Of a DNA stretch of 64,000 nt, positions 1 to 9,418 are shown piece by piece. The notes under the pieces are model-generated. The model worked only from the letters and a program-made list of their open reading frames with translations, searched no databases and had not been told where the DNA came from. This stretch comes from Alteromonadaceae bacterium. Lineage in GTDB: Bacteria > Pseudomonadota > Gammaproteobacteria > Enterobacterales > Alteromonadaceae. The first letter of the stretch is position 1, and each line of letters opens with the position of its first letter. A program made the position numbers and the translations under genes. Where the stretch lies: NCBI GenBank assembly GCA_965248545.1, contig OZ252110.1, positions 1,270,224-1,334,223 on the forward strand, in the 5' to 3' direction.

Positions 1-1
1 G

Positions 2-823
2 CAAATCCGCCAGCGCCAGAAACCTCTCACATCGGGCAAAATTCAATTGAGCTTAGCGTTTAGGCCACCGTATAACTGGCCAATGGTAAGAGCTTTCTTA
101 AAAGCACGTGCTATCGCACCGATTGAATCGGTTTGCTCGACAAGCTATCAGCGACTTTTTTCATGTAAGGGTCAACAAGGCAGTGTTAAAGCCACCTTTA
201 ATGAAGCGGCGAATACGTTTGACGTGGCCTTGGCACTACCTGATATGAGTGCCATGACACATGTGATTAATAATTTACGTCGGGTACTGGACTTGGATGC
301 AGACCCGGCCCATATTCACAGCCATCTGATTGCCACCGGATTGAAGCCTGCACAATTGACCGCGGGAATACGACTCCCTGGGGTTTGGAGCCAGTTTGAA
401 GCGGGCTGTCGTGCCATCGTTGGGCAGCAGATCAGTGTCACGGCGGCTATCAATCAGCTGCAACGGCTGTGCGATTACCTCAACCAAGACCACGACGTCA
501 TTGACTTTCCGTCACCCCAGCAATGGTATGAACTGAATCGTGAACAGTTAAAAATGCCGAATGCAAGAAAACAAGCACTGCACAATTTTGCGGAATATTT
601 TGCCAACACTGAAGAATCCAATTACGACGAAATATTGGCCCTAAAAGGTATTGGCCCTTGGACTGTTAGTTATATGCAACTGCGCGGAGATTCTGAACCG
701 GATTTATTGTTAGACAAAGACTTGATCGTGGCACGAGAACTCACAAAACATTCACTAGACTGCGAGCAAGCCGCCCCTTGGCGCAGTTACTTGACCTTTC
801 AGCTGTGGCAATTTGCCAGTTAA
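2..823 (+). CDS. alkA: DNA-3-methyladenine glycosylase II (AlkA), 5'-truncated by the window edge; probably the C-terminal part of an Ada/AraC-AlkA fusion
   Basis: The frame is open from base 2 (QIRQRQKPLTSGKIQLSLAFRPPYNW), so the TTG at 47 is not the true start. AlkA N-domain RPPYNW, GIRLPGVWSQFEAGCRAIVGQQIS and HhH motif LKGIGPWT are present. The fusion is inferred. Confidence 0.85.
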   Translation, partial: QIRQRQKPLTSGKIQLSLAFRPPYNWPMVRAFLKARAIAPIESVCSTSYQRLFSCKGQQGSVKATFNEAANTFDVALALPDMSAMTHVINNLRRVLDLDADPAHIHSHLIATGLKPAQLTAGIRLPGVWSQFEAGCRAIVGQQISVTAAINQLQRLCDYLNQDHDVIDFPSPQQWYELNREQLKMPNARKQALHNFAEYFANTEESNYDEILALKGIGPWTVSYMQLRGDSEPDLLLDKDLIVARELTKHSLDCEQAAPWRSYLTFQLWQFAS

Positions 824-839
824 ATCAAAAGGCGAACCT

Positions 840-1316
840 ATGCAATTTATCGACTACACAGAGACACCTATCGGCTTGCTGCTTGTGGCGGCCAATGAGG
901 TCGGAATATGTCGCGTTGAATTTGTTGAACAGTGCGACACACCGGAAAACCCGAGCAGTCTAACGTCAACTGCGGTTCAGCAATTAAACGAGTACTTCAA
1001 AGGTGCTCGAACTGAATTCGAGTTGCCTTTGGATCCCGCGGGCACACATTTTCAAAAACGCGTATGGCACGCATTGCTCGAAATTGGCTATGGTCAAACG
1101 AACACCTATCAGTTTATAGCCAACCAAATTGGCAATGCCAAGGCATGTCGAGCAGTAGGCGCAGCAAACGGCAGAAACCCAATAGCCTTGGTCGTCCCGT
1201 GTCATCGAATCATTGGTACAAGTGGAAAACTGACCGGTTATGCCGGCGGACTTGATAGAAAACAATGGTTATTGGCGCTGGAAAGCGGTGTTGAGGCATT
1301 ACCTCTCGCGCTCTGA
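840..1316 (+). CDS. ogt: Methylated-DNA--protein-cysteine methyltransferase
   Basis: Active-site VVPCHRIIG, RAVGAANGRNP and GYAGGLDRKQWLL. ATG at 840 chosen over the ORF-track start at 813. Confidence 0.95.
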   Translation: MQFIDYTETPIGLLLVAANEVGICRVEFVEQCDTPENPSSLTSTAVQQLNEYFKGARTEFELPLDPAGTHFQKRVWHALLEIGYGQTNTYQFIANQIGNAKACRAVGAANGRNPIALVVPCHRIIGTSGKLTGYAGGLDRKQWLLALESGVEALPLAL

Positions 1317-1369
1317 TCGACTACACTGCGTCTCGTTTATTTTATGCTCTTAGCCGTTCAACAGGACTT

Positions 1370-2251
1370 TTGTATTTGAAAACTTCCGCAATTATTAAAC
1401 TTTTCGTTCTCGGTGCGATTTGGGGCTCTTCCTTTTTGTTTATGCGCGCCGCAACGCCAGAATTTGGCGTATATGCATTGGTTGAAGTGCGGGCTCTTTT
1501 AGCTGCATTGTTTCTCGTGCCGTTTGTGTGGTTGCAAAAACAGTGGCAGGACATCCGTAATCACTGGTTTCATATTGCTGTGATTGGCGTAGTTAACACT
1601 GCAATACCCTTTTGCTTGTTCAACTACAGTAGCTTGCATTTGGAAGCGGGTTACAACTCTATTTTGAATGCGACGGCACCTATGTTCGGAGCATTGCTCG
1701 CCTTTATTTGGTTGTCCGATCGCTTGTCACCATCGGCGATGGTTGGTTTGGTCATTGGTTTTTTAGGTGTAACACAATTGAGTTGGGCAAAAGTATCGAT
1801 TGGTTCTGCCAGCTTTGCGCCGATTGCCACCGCATTGCTCGCAACTTTGTGCTATGGCGTCGCTGCGTGCTACATGAAGCGCTACATGCAGGGAATTAAG
1901 CCACTCGCTATCGCTGCAGGCAGCCAATTTTTTGCAGCAATTGTACTGTTCCCAATTGCCCTGTATACATGGCCAACAACAGCGCCTGATGCATCGGCAT
2001 GGTGGCAAGCCATTACTTTGGCAATTATATGTACCGGCGTCGCGTACATTTTATACTTTGATTTAATCGCCAATATTGGCCCAGCAAAAGCCATTACGGT
2101 AGCGTACTTAGTGCCATTATTCGGCGTCATTTGGGGCGCAGTGTTCTTGGCTGAAAGACTATCACTGCCGATCTATATCGGCGGATTCTGCATTTTGATT
2201 GGCGTAGCGCTCACGAATGGAATCAAACTACCCACACGCCTCAAGGCATGA
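1370..2251 (+). CDS. DMT/EamA family transporter
   Basis: About 10 hydrophobic segments, N-terminal LGAIWGSSFLF, duplicated EamA pattern (YLVPLFGVIWGAVFLAE). ACAGGA precedes the TTG start. Confidence 0.9.
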   Translation: MYLKTSAIIKLFVLGAIWGSSFLFMRAATPEFGVYALVEVRALLAALFLVPFVWLQKQWQDIRNHWFHIAVIGVVNTAIPFCLFNYSSLHLEAGYNSILNATAPMFGALLAFIWLSDRLSPSAMVGLVIGFLGVTQLSWAKVSIGSASFAPIATALLATLCYGVAACYMKRYMQGIKPLAIAAGSQFFAAIVLFPIALYTWPTTAPDASAWWQAITLAIICTGVAYILYFDLIANIGPAKAITVAYLVPLFGVIWGAVFLAERLSLPIYIGGFCILIGVALTNGIKLPTRLKA

Positions 2252-2254
2252 AGT

Positions 2255-3688
2255 TTATTCGTCGATCAGTTGCATCCGCACAACATTAGAACCATCGCGT
2301 TTAGCTTGATACAACGCGTCATCTGCATAAGCACTAACTTCATTCATGGAGCGTGTGATTGCCGTATACGATATGCCAAACGTAGCGGTCAAGCGCAGGT
2401 TCGGATATCGCTCGGGCGGCTGTATTTGCGTTACCCCATGGCGTAACTGTTGCGCAATATCATAAGCTTCATGGGGACCGGTATCCGGCAACAATAAGAT
2501 GAATTCTTCGCTGCTCCAGCGCCCCACAATGTCTCTATCACGCACCTGACTGGTCAAAAACGAACTAAATCGCTCAATCACCTCGTCACCTATATTGCGA
2601 CCATAGGTATCGTTGATCGTATTGAAGTTGTCGATATCAATGATCACAACTGACATGCTGCGATCTTTTTCCATCAGTTCGTTATATTTTTCTTCTACAT
2701 TGAGACGATCTGGCAAACGGTTGTGGTGGTAGTTTAAGTGGTTTGCTTGCATATCCCTTCGGAAGTAATACAGCATATTGTAAATAATCAAAAACAACGC
2801 AAATATGACTACCAATAGCGTTACAACGCTGACGATAAAACCGCGTGAGATTTCTGTTTGTCTGGCCGTTAATGGGCTAAGGAGATACATGGTCCAATCG
2901 AATTGGCCCAGTTCAATCTCAGCAATCAAATAATCTTGCCCTTTGATCCGAACCAGTCGATTGTTGAGTGATTTGCTGGCTTTTACGCTATCGCTTAACG
3001 CGTCAAACCACGGTAAATCTGCCAAATTTTTAAACTGCGAGTATTCTGCGATCAGCGCTGGGTCAGATGACAACATAATGTCATCTTGAGTATCCACAAA
3101 CACAAAGTCATAGCCGTGCTGCCGTTTATAACTGTCAAATACGTTGAGGAAAATTCCGAGTGCCTTGCCAACACCAAAAAACCCAAGAAAGCGACCATCG
3201 TCATCATAGATCTTTAAATCGATATAAAAGTGCGTGTCTTCCCATTTGCCAATGTCTGCTACCGCATCTCGATCGCCATCTCGGTATTTGAAATACCAGC
3301 TCACTTCACCTTCAACGAGGTCTATTTCGGTGCCATCTGAGTTGATCTGTAAACGCTGCTGTTCGCTGGCAATGAAGAAAATCATGCCGAACTCCTGCTC
3401 TAAGCGTGTCAACATGCTGAGTGCCTGAGTTTTATCTATCTCTCCATCCTCTTCGATGTCCATTAATTCGATGAGTTCACGAGATTTACTGAGCGTTTCA
3501 GCGATATGAAGCGGCTTTAGTAATTGGTCCGCGACGAGATCAATGGCAGGCGACATTGAGGCTTGTTGCGCGCGGCTTTGCTCCGCCACTATCTTACTGA
3601 TACTGAAGTGGACGAGTGTCACGATAGAAATAACGACGACCGAAAATAAAACCAAGATACTTCGGTGTAGCGTTCTGAAAATACTCAC
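2255..3688 (-). CDS. Membrane sensor (Cache-like periplasmic domain) with a degenerate GGDEF domain
   Basis: Two TM helices flank a periplasmic domain. C-terminal DIDNFNTINDTYG...RDRDIVGRWSSEEF has SSEEF in place of GG(D/E)EF. GAGGA precedes the GTG start. Confidence 0.85.
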   Translation of the reverse strand: MSIFRTLHRSILVLFSVVVISIVTLVHFSISKIVAEQSRAQQASMSPAIDLVADQLLKPLHIAETLSKSRELIELMDIEEDGEIDKTQALSMLTRLEQEFGMIFFIASEQQRLQINSDGTEIDLVEGEVSWYFKYRDGDRDAVADIGKWEDTHFYIDLKIYDDDGRFLGFFGVGKALGIFLNVFDSYKRQHGYDFVFVDTQDDIMLSSDPALIAEYSQFKNLADLPWFDALSDSVKASKSLNNRLVRIKGQDYLIAEIELGQFDWTMYLLSPLTARQTEISRGFIVSVVTLLVVIFALFLIIYNMLYYFRRDMQANHLNYHHNRLPDRLNVEEKYNELMEKDRSMSVVIIDIDNFNTINDTYGRNIGDEVIERFSSFLTSQVRDRDIVGRWSSEEFILLLPDTGPHEAYDIAQQLRHGVTQIQPPERYPNLRLTATFGISYTAITRSMNEVSAYADDALYQAKRDGSNVVRMQLIDE

Positions 3689-3837
3689 TGCTATGGAATC
3701 CTCAAAGGAGCTTTACTATCAAAGGCCTACGCCCCTTCTTTAACGCATAATAGCACGTGGCAATATGTTGGCAATTGGCACTGACAATTCATACATTGTC
3801 CGTTACACTTTTCGCAACTCTGACAAGGAATACTTTT

Positions 3838-5196
3838 ATGGCTCTATCAGTAGTCGTGCTTGCAGCCGGCAAAGGCACGCGAATGAAATCAGCTCTCCCT
3901 AAGGTATTGCACCCGATTGCGGGTGTACCAATGGTCCAACGTATCATCAATACCGTGCAACAAATCGGCGCAGATAGCATCCATTTGGTATACGGGCACG
4001 GGGGCGACCAGCTACAACAAACAGTTCAAGGTGACAATCTTAACTGGTGTCTGCAAGCCGAACAGCTTGGTACCGGACATGCAGTACAGCAAGCGGCACC
4101 TGATTTAAATGACGGTGACGACGTCTTGATCTTGGTCGGTGACGCCCCTCTGATCAAACCCGCAACGCTTGAGCGATTATTACTTGCCAAGGCCGATGCT
4201 GACTTGGCCCTTCTGACTGTCGAGCTTGAAGACGCCACAGGTATGGGTCGAATTATCCGTGCTGGCGACAACATTACCGCCATCGTTGAACACAAAGACG
4301 CAACTGACGCGCAGCGCCAAATCAAAGAAATCAATACCGGTATGATGCTCATCCCCGCAACAGACCTTAAACGCTGGCTTGGTGCGTTGAAAAACGATAA
4401 CGCCCAGGGCGAATTCTACCTGACCGACGTGATTGCCATGGCAGCCGAGGAAGGGAAACAGATACGGGCTGCCCACCCCGAAAAAATATATGAGGTGGAA
4501 GGTGTGAACAATCGCGTTCAACTGGCGGCACTGGAACGCGCACATCAGCGAGAAGAGGCCGAGCGAGCGATGCTAAGCGGCGCCACTCTTGCCGATCCAG
4601 CCCGTTTCGACGTTCGTGGTGAACTCAGCATCGGTAACGACGTCAATATCGACATTAACTTCGTCGCTCAGGGCAAAGTTAAATTGGGTAATAATGTCAC
4701 CATCGGCGCAAACTGCGTACTCATAGATTGCGAAATTGGTGACCACGCAGTAATCGAATCAAACTCAGTTGTCGAACAGGCAACTGTCGGTGAACATTGT
4801 AATGTCGGTCCATTCGCTCGCCTTCGTCCTGGCGCAGTGATGCATGAAAAAGCAAAAGTTGGCAATTTCGTTGAAATGAAAAAAACGGTACTTGGTAAAG
4901 GCTCAAAAGCCAACCACTTTACCTATCTCGGCGATACGCGTGTAGGCGAGAATGCCAATATCGGTGCAGGCACAATTACCTGTAACTACGACGGGGTTAA
5001 CAAGTCGAAAACAGATATCGGTGACAATGCCTTTATCGGGTCTAACTCATCGCTTGTCGCACCCGTCAGTATTGGTGCCAACGCGACTGTAGGCGCGGGT
5101 TCGGTAGTCAGCAAAGACGTCGCAGATGAACAACTTGCCATAGCGCGCGGTAAACAACGCAATATCGATGGGTGGCAGCGGCCCACCAAAAAATAG
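3838..5196 (+). CDS. glmU: Bifunctional UDP-N-acetylglucosamine pyrophosphorylase / glucosamine-1-phosphate acetyltransferase
   Basis: [28 protein letters not shown], hexapeptide repeats, [11 protein letters not shown]. The true start is the ATG at 3838 (AAGGA upstream), not 3757. Confidence 0.98.
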   Translation: MALSVVVLAAGKGTRMKSALPKVLHPIAGVPMVQRIINTVQQIGADSIHLVYGHGGDQLQQTVQGDNLNWCLQAEQLGTGHAVQQAAPDLNDGDDVLILVGDAPLIKPATLERLLLAKADADLALLTVELEDATGMGRIIRAGDNITAIVEHKDATDAQRQIKEINTGMMLIPATDLKRWLGALKNDNAQGEFYLTDVIAMAAEEGKQIRAAHPEKIYEVEGVNNRVQLAALERAHQREEAERAMLSGATLADPARFDVRGELSIGNDVNIDINFVAQGKVKLGNNVTIGANCVLIDCEIGDHAVIESNSVVEQATVGEHCNVGPFARLRPGAVMHEKAKVGNFVEMKKTVLGKGSKANHFTYLGDTRVGENANIGAGTITCNYDGVNKSKTDIGDNAFIGSNSSLVAPVSIGANATVGAGSVVSKDVADEQLAIARGKQRNIDGWQRPTKK

Positions 5197-5205
5197 TATC
5201 CGATC

Positions 5206-5240
5206 GATAGGCTCTAGCAAGGGCCTATCTACTTTTCCTA
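5206..5240 (+). terminator. Probable hairpin terminator after glmU
   Basis: GATAGGCTC-tagcaa-GGGCCTATC followed by TACTTTT. Confidence 0.5.
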
Positions 5241-5326
5241 TGTGTATCGTCATGCCGCTGCGCAATTAGATATGTTTCAAAACGTATACTACTGCATACC
5301 TTACATTTCGTTTTAATACTTGAATG

Positions 5327-5362
5327 TTTCGATTTGAAATGTATATTTGTTTCACTTCGAAA
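5327..5362. promoter_or_regulatory. Candidate operator pair for the DeoR regulator (TTTCGnnnCGAAA-like)
   Basis: TTTCGATTTGAAA (5327-5339) and TTTCACTTCGAAA (5350-5362) just upstream of the DeoR gene. A near-perfect copy TTTCGAATCGAAA lies at 5605-5617. Confidence 0.5.
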
Positions 5363-5378
5363 TTCAAGAGTGTTGAAT

Positions 5379-6158
5379 GTGGCTCGGATCAGTACCCAAA
5401 CGCGGCACAGTGAAATCTTAGATTTACTCTCTGAGCAGGGGGAAGTTAGTGTCGACGCGCTCTCCAGACAATTCAGCACATCGGAAGTTACCATTCGAAA
5501 GGATTTGCGCCAACTTGAGGCGGCGAATCAACTGGTGCGCAAATTTGGTGGCGCGGTCAGTCTACCAACTGAAATTAAAAGTGAAAGTTTAAGCGAAGAT
5601 TATCTTTCGAATCGAAAGTTATCTATCGCCGAACAAGCCGCATCTTTAATACCGTCAGGTGCGCGTATCGCCCTAGACTCAGGCTCTACTGTACTAGCGT
5701 TGCTGACATTTCTAGAACAACGCAATGATCTAGTGGTAATGACCAATTCTTTAACTGTCGCTAATCATTTGACTCAATTGGATACCCCGCCCCAAGTGTT
5801 GTTCACAGGGGGAACATGGGACCAGCAATCACAAGCATTCCAGGGCCAAATGGCGGAGAGAATGCTATCGGCTTACGACTTCGATTTTGCCTTCATTGGC
5901 GCTGCAGGTATTGATGTCGAGCGCGGCACAACAACCTTTAATGAGCTCACTAATCTCAGCAAAGTCATGGCACAAAATGCTGAGAAAGTGGTGATCATGG
6001 CCGAGTCAAACAAACTCAATCGTCGCATTCCAAACGTTGAATTACCGTGGGATAGTATTTCAACTTTGATAACCGATGACGCGATTGACCCTGAATCTTA
6101 TCAAGCAATTACCCAACATGGCGTAGCCGTTATTCGCGCCCAAACTGAGGAAAAATAA
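5379..6158 (+). CDS. DeoR/GlpR family transcriptional regulator upstream of glmS (GlmR-like)
   Basis: [42 protein letters not shown]. Stop is 1 bp before the glmS ATG. GTG at 5379 is the likely start. Confidence 0.92.
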   Translation: MARISTQTRHSEILDLLSEQGEVSVDALSRQFSTSEVTIRKDLRQLEAANQLVRKFGGAVSLPTEIKSESLSEDYLSNRKLSIAEQAASLIPSGARIALDSGSTVLALLTFLEQRNDLVVMTNSLTVANHLTQLDTPPQVLFTGGTWDQQSQAFQGQMAERMLSAYDFDFAFIGAAGIDVERGTTTFNELTNLSKVMAQNAEKVVIMAESNKLNRRIPNVELPWDSISTLITDDAIDPESYQAITQHGVAVIRAQTEEK

Positions 6159-6159
6159 T

Positions 6160-7992
6160 ATGTGTGGCATAGTCGGAGCTGTTGCAGAACGCAATGTCGT
6201 AGAAATTCTATTGGAAGGATTAAAGCGCTTAGAATATCGCGGGTACGATTCCGCCGGCGTTGCTTTGTTAACGCATGAGGGTGAATTACGTCGTCTTCGC
6301 AGAGTAGGTAAAGTTCAAGAGCTTGCAGATGTAGTGACCCCCGACAATAGTCTGGGTTCGACAGGTATTGCGCACACTCGCTGGGCGACTCACGGCGGCG
6401 TAACGGAAGAGAACGCCCACCCGCACACATCGTCTGACCGGATCGCAGTCGTTCACAACGGTATTATCGAAAACTATCTAGAGCTTCGTCAGGACCTCAC
6501 AAACCAAGGCTATACCTTTAGCAGCGATACCGATACTGAAACCATCGCTCACACAGTCAATGAAGTACTTAAGTCTTCTAGCTCATTGCTAGAGGCTGTG
6601 CAGAAGTCTGTGAAAAAGTTTCACGGCGCATACGGAACAGTGATTATGGACAAACAAGATGCCAGTCGCGTCGTTGTCGCTCGCTCAGGTAGCCCACTGG
6701 TCATTGGGTTGGGTTTAGGCGAGAACTTCATTGCCTCTGATCAGCTTGCGCTGTTACCCGTGACACGCCGTTTTATCTTCCTCGAAGAAGGCGACGTTGC
6801 TGAAGTAACGCGTCGCGAAGTCAATATATATGACGTCGATGGCAATCCTGTAGAACGTGAAATCATTGAATCCAATGTTGAACACGACGCTGGTGATAAA
6901 GGTGGTTATCGCCACTACATGTTGAAAGAAATTCATGAACAACCCACTGTTGTGCGCAATGCGCTGCAGGGCCGTCTCACCGATTCTGGATTAGCGGATG
7001 GGTTGTTTGGTTCTGACGCGGATAGCATTTTCAAAGATGTGAAGCATGTGCAGATAATCGCCTGTGGTACCAGTTATCACGCGGGGATGACTGCCCGATA
7101 TTGGCTAGAACAATACGCAAACGTATCCTGCAACGTCGAGATCGCCTCCGAATTCCGCTACCGCAAGTCAGTGGTTCATCCGAACAGCTTGTTAGTCACG
7201 ATTTCACAGTCAGGTGAAACAGCCGACACACTTGCAGCTTTGCGCTTGGCAAAAGAATTGGGCTACATGTCGACTCTGACCATATGCAACGTGCCAGGCT
7301 CATCGCTGGTGCGTGAATCTGACCTGGCTTACATGACCAAGGCAGGCGCCGAAATCGGGGTGGCGTCAACAAAGGCGTTCACGACCCAGTTAACCGCGTT
7401 CTTGTTGCTTACGTTGGCGTTGGGAAGACACAATGGTCTGGAAGAACAAGCGCAACAGGCGATTATCAGCGGTTTACACAGCTTGCCGAGCAAGCTAGAA
7501 GAAACACTTAGCCTAACCGGAGGCATCGAGGCTCTTGCAGAAGAGTTTGCCGATAAGAATCACAGCTTGTTCTTGGGCCGCGGCGACCAATACCCAATTG
7601 CGATGGAAGGCGCATTGAAATTAAAGGAAATCTCATACATCCACGCGGAAGCTTATGCCTCAGGTGAGTTAAAGCACGGCCCACTAGCGCTGATTGATGA
7701 TGAAATGCCCGTTATTGTTGTGGCACCGAACAACGAATTACTGGAAAAGCTGAAATCTAACGTTGAAGAAGTACGTGCGCGTGGCGGAATCATGTACGTA
7801 TTTGCCGACAAGGATGCTAAATTTACCGGCGATGACACTATGCGGGTAATCAATGTACCCCATTGTGAACCAGCGATTGCACCAATTATCTATACAATAC
7901 CGCTGCAGCTATTGTCCTACTATGTTGCCTTAATCAAAGGTACTGACGTAGACCAGCCGCGGAACTTGGCAAAATCGGTCACGGTTGAATAA
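6160..7992 (+). CDS. glmS: Glutamine--fructose-6-phosphate aminotransferase
   Basis: N-terminal [33 protein letters not shown]-terminal [15 protein letters not shown]. Confidence 0.99.
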   Translation: MCGIVGAVAERNVVEILLEGLKRLEYRGYDSAGVALLTHEGELRRLRRVGKVQELADVVTPDNSLGSTGIAHTRWATHGGVTEENAHPHTSSDRIAVVHNGIIENYLELRQDLTNQGYTFSSDTDTETIAHTVNEVLKSSSSLLEAVQKSVKKFHGAYGTVIMDKQDASRVVVARSGSPLVIGLGLGENFIASDQLALLPVTRRFIFLEEGDVAEVTRREVNIYDVDGNPVEREIIESNVEHDAGDKGGYRHYMLKEIHEQPTVVRNALQGRLTDSGLADGLFGSDADSIFKDVKHVQIIACGTSYHAGMTARYWLEQYANVSCNVEIASEFRYRKSVVHPNSLLVTISQSGETADTLAALRLAKELGYMSTLTICNVPGSSLVRESDLAYMTKAGAEIGVASTKAFTTQLTAFLLLTLALGRHNGLEEQAQQAIISGLHSLPSKLEETLSLTGGIEALAEEFADKNHSLFLGRGDQYPIAMEGALKLKEISYIHAEAYASGELKHGPLALIDDEMPVIVVAPNNELLEKLKSNVEEVRARGGIMYVFADKDAKFTGDDTMRVINVPHCEPAIAPIIYTIPLQLLSYYVALIKGTDVDQPRNLAKSVTVE

Positions 7993-8020
7993 CAAAAAGG
8001 GGCGAAAGCCCCTTTTAACT
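7957..8020 (+). other. attTn7 site (TnsD recognition sequence at the glmS 3' end), apparently unoccupied
   Basis: The [11 protein letters not shown]-coding end of glmS is the known TnsD target. The downstream terminator is intact and I see no TGT...ACA Tn7 end. Confidence 0.6.
7995..8016 (+). terminator. Rho-independent terminator of glmS, bidirectional
   Basis: AAAAGGGGC-GAAA-GCCCCTTTT. Confidence 0.9.
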
Positions 8021-8076
8021 TGACCAACATCCATTCTACCCTGCAGACCAAGATATACCGTAATTGCTCAATCAAA

Positions 8077-9207
8077 CTAATTCTCAAGCCTTTGTAGCAA
8101 TCTTGCAGCTAGTGAGTAATCAGGCTTAATTATTAGCGCTTTTTCAAACATGATTCTAGCCTCGTCGAGCTTGCCTTGGTCTCGGCGCACGACTCCCATT
8201 CCAGTGTAAGATTGCTCATTATTGGGATACGTCTCTAAGGCATATTGAAATACCTTTTCTGCGTCAGCTATATTTTTGCCCCTGATTAAGTCCGCACCCA
8301 AGCTAAATATTGTCGATATAGGCGGTTGCATTTCATAGCCATATCTCTTTGATAGCGTTACAAAATGTCGACGCAACTTGTTTAGTTTATCGAGCTTTTC
8401 CACCGGTTTATAGTTAGGGAATAAGTTTAATAGGTGCTTGGTAATATCCATTACAGGAACGTGCCCTTGATTGGTAAATTGGTCGACCGCATAAGTGAGA
8501 TTCTCGGGCTTATGCATAATCAAGGTTGCAGAGAAATCAGGTAGCAATTTTACTATCTCATCAAAATCGTCGTCACTGTATATCACTTGGAGAGTTTTGC
8601 TTTCAGAAAAAGCCTTCGGCAATTTAGTTTTTAACTGGTGTTGTTGCATCGCGGGTAAGTCGCGATGAAACGACGGGCTAGTCGCTAAAAAAGCGTCAAA
8701 CAACTCGGGCCTGTTAAGCATTGTGTAAATAGTAAAAAATCCACTATTAGAGGCTCCAAAAAGCACATCAAACGGCGCAGCTCGGTACGTATTGACAACA
8801 TACGGCAATAGTTCATTTTCGAAGAAGCGGATATAGCTATCGGGAATTGTCGTGTCGTGATCTGTTGCGGTCGGCAACAAAACACCATTTCCTTCCGGTA
8901 AGTCGACACCAATCAAGATCATCGGTGGGACCAGTTTATCTCCCATATAATCGAGTGTAGAAGCAAACATGGCGAATCTTGCTCGATAATCTGAGCCCAT
9001 TATATATAACACGGGATAGTGCCTATTCGAACTATCATAGTCTTGGGGCAAATGAATAGACAGGGTAACGGTTTTATTTAAAATTTTTGATGGTAATGAG
9101 TGAGTTTTGCCCAGCGTCACAACTGGATTTTCTAGTTTGGCAAAAACAGCGAAATTAACTAAAAGCATGAACAGCGAAATAAGGACTATGCGAGATTTGG
9201 ACTTCAT
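8077..9207 (-). CDS. Exported alpha/beta-hydrolase (putative esterase, IroE/Fes-like) with C-terminal TPR
   Basis: Signal peptide, YPVLY, nucleophile elbow FGASNSG, C-terminal TPR-like helices (AEKVFQYALETYP, ARIMFEKALIIKP). Confidence 0.75.
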   Translation of the reverse strand: MKSKSRIVLISLFMLLVNFAVFAKLENPVVTLGKTHSLPSKILNKTVTLSIHLPQDYDSSNRHYPVLYIMGSDYRARFAMFASTLDYMGDKLVPPMILIGVDLPEGNGVLLPTATDHDTTIPDSYIRFFENELLPYVVNTYRAAPFDVLFGASNSGFFTIYTMLNRPELFDAFLATSPSFHRDLPAMQQHQLKTKLPKAFSESKTLQVIYSDDDFDEIVKLLPDFSATLIMHKPENLTYAVDQFTNQGHVPVMDITKHLLNLFPNYKPVEKLDKLNKLRRHFVTLSKRYGYEMQPPISTIFSLGADLIRGKNIADAEKVFQYALETYPNNEQSYTGMGVVRRDQGKLDEARIMFEKALIIKPDYSLAARLLQRLEN

Positions 9208-9348
9208 TAGTACACCATTGATTACACATTACCGGCTTATGACCGTTGAGGGAGAAAGGACAATTCAAACTGAATGAAAAATCACAGAAAAACCTGATGC
9301 CAAGATGATTTATTGCTGATTTTTTGCTGATGCTAACTTTAACTGAAT

Positions 9349-9410
9349 AAACCCATCCGCTGATGGGTTTTGTTCCCGCTCGCATAACCGGCGTTAAGGG
9401 AAGCGGGAAC
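9349..9410 (-). terminator. Two adjacent hairpins downstream of the GlyGly-CTERM gene; probable terminator or mRNA stabiliser
   Basis: AAACCCATC-cgct-GATGGGTTT (9349-9370) and GTTCCCGCT...AGCGGGAAC (9372-9410). Confidence 0.5.
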
Positions 9411-9418
9411 CTCCTAAG

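Noticed and set aside
7993-8076. Tn7-like transposon inserted downstream of glmS
   Set aside because: The terminator is intact, and I see no TGT...ACA ends, TnsB repeats or tns/tniQ genes in the window.
9349-9410. REP/MITE element
   Set aside because: No second copy was noticed in the window and there is no target duplication. It fits a terminator region.
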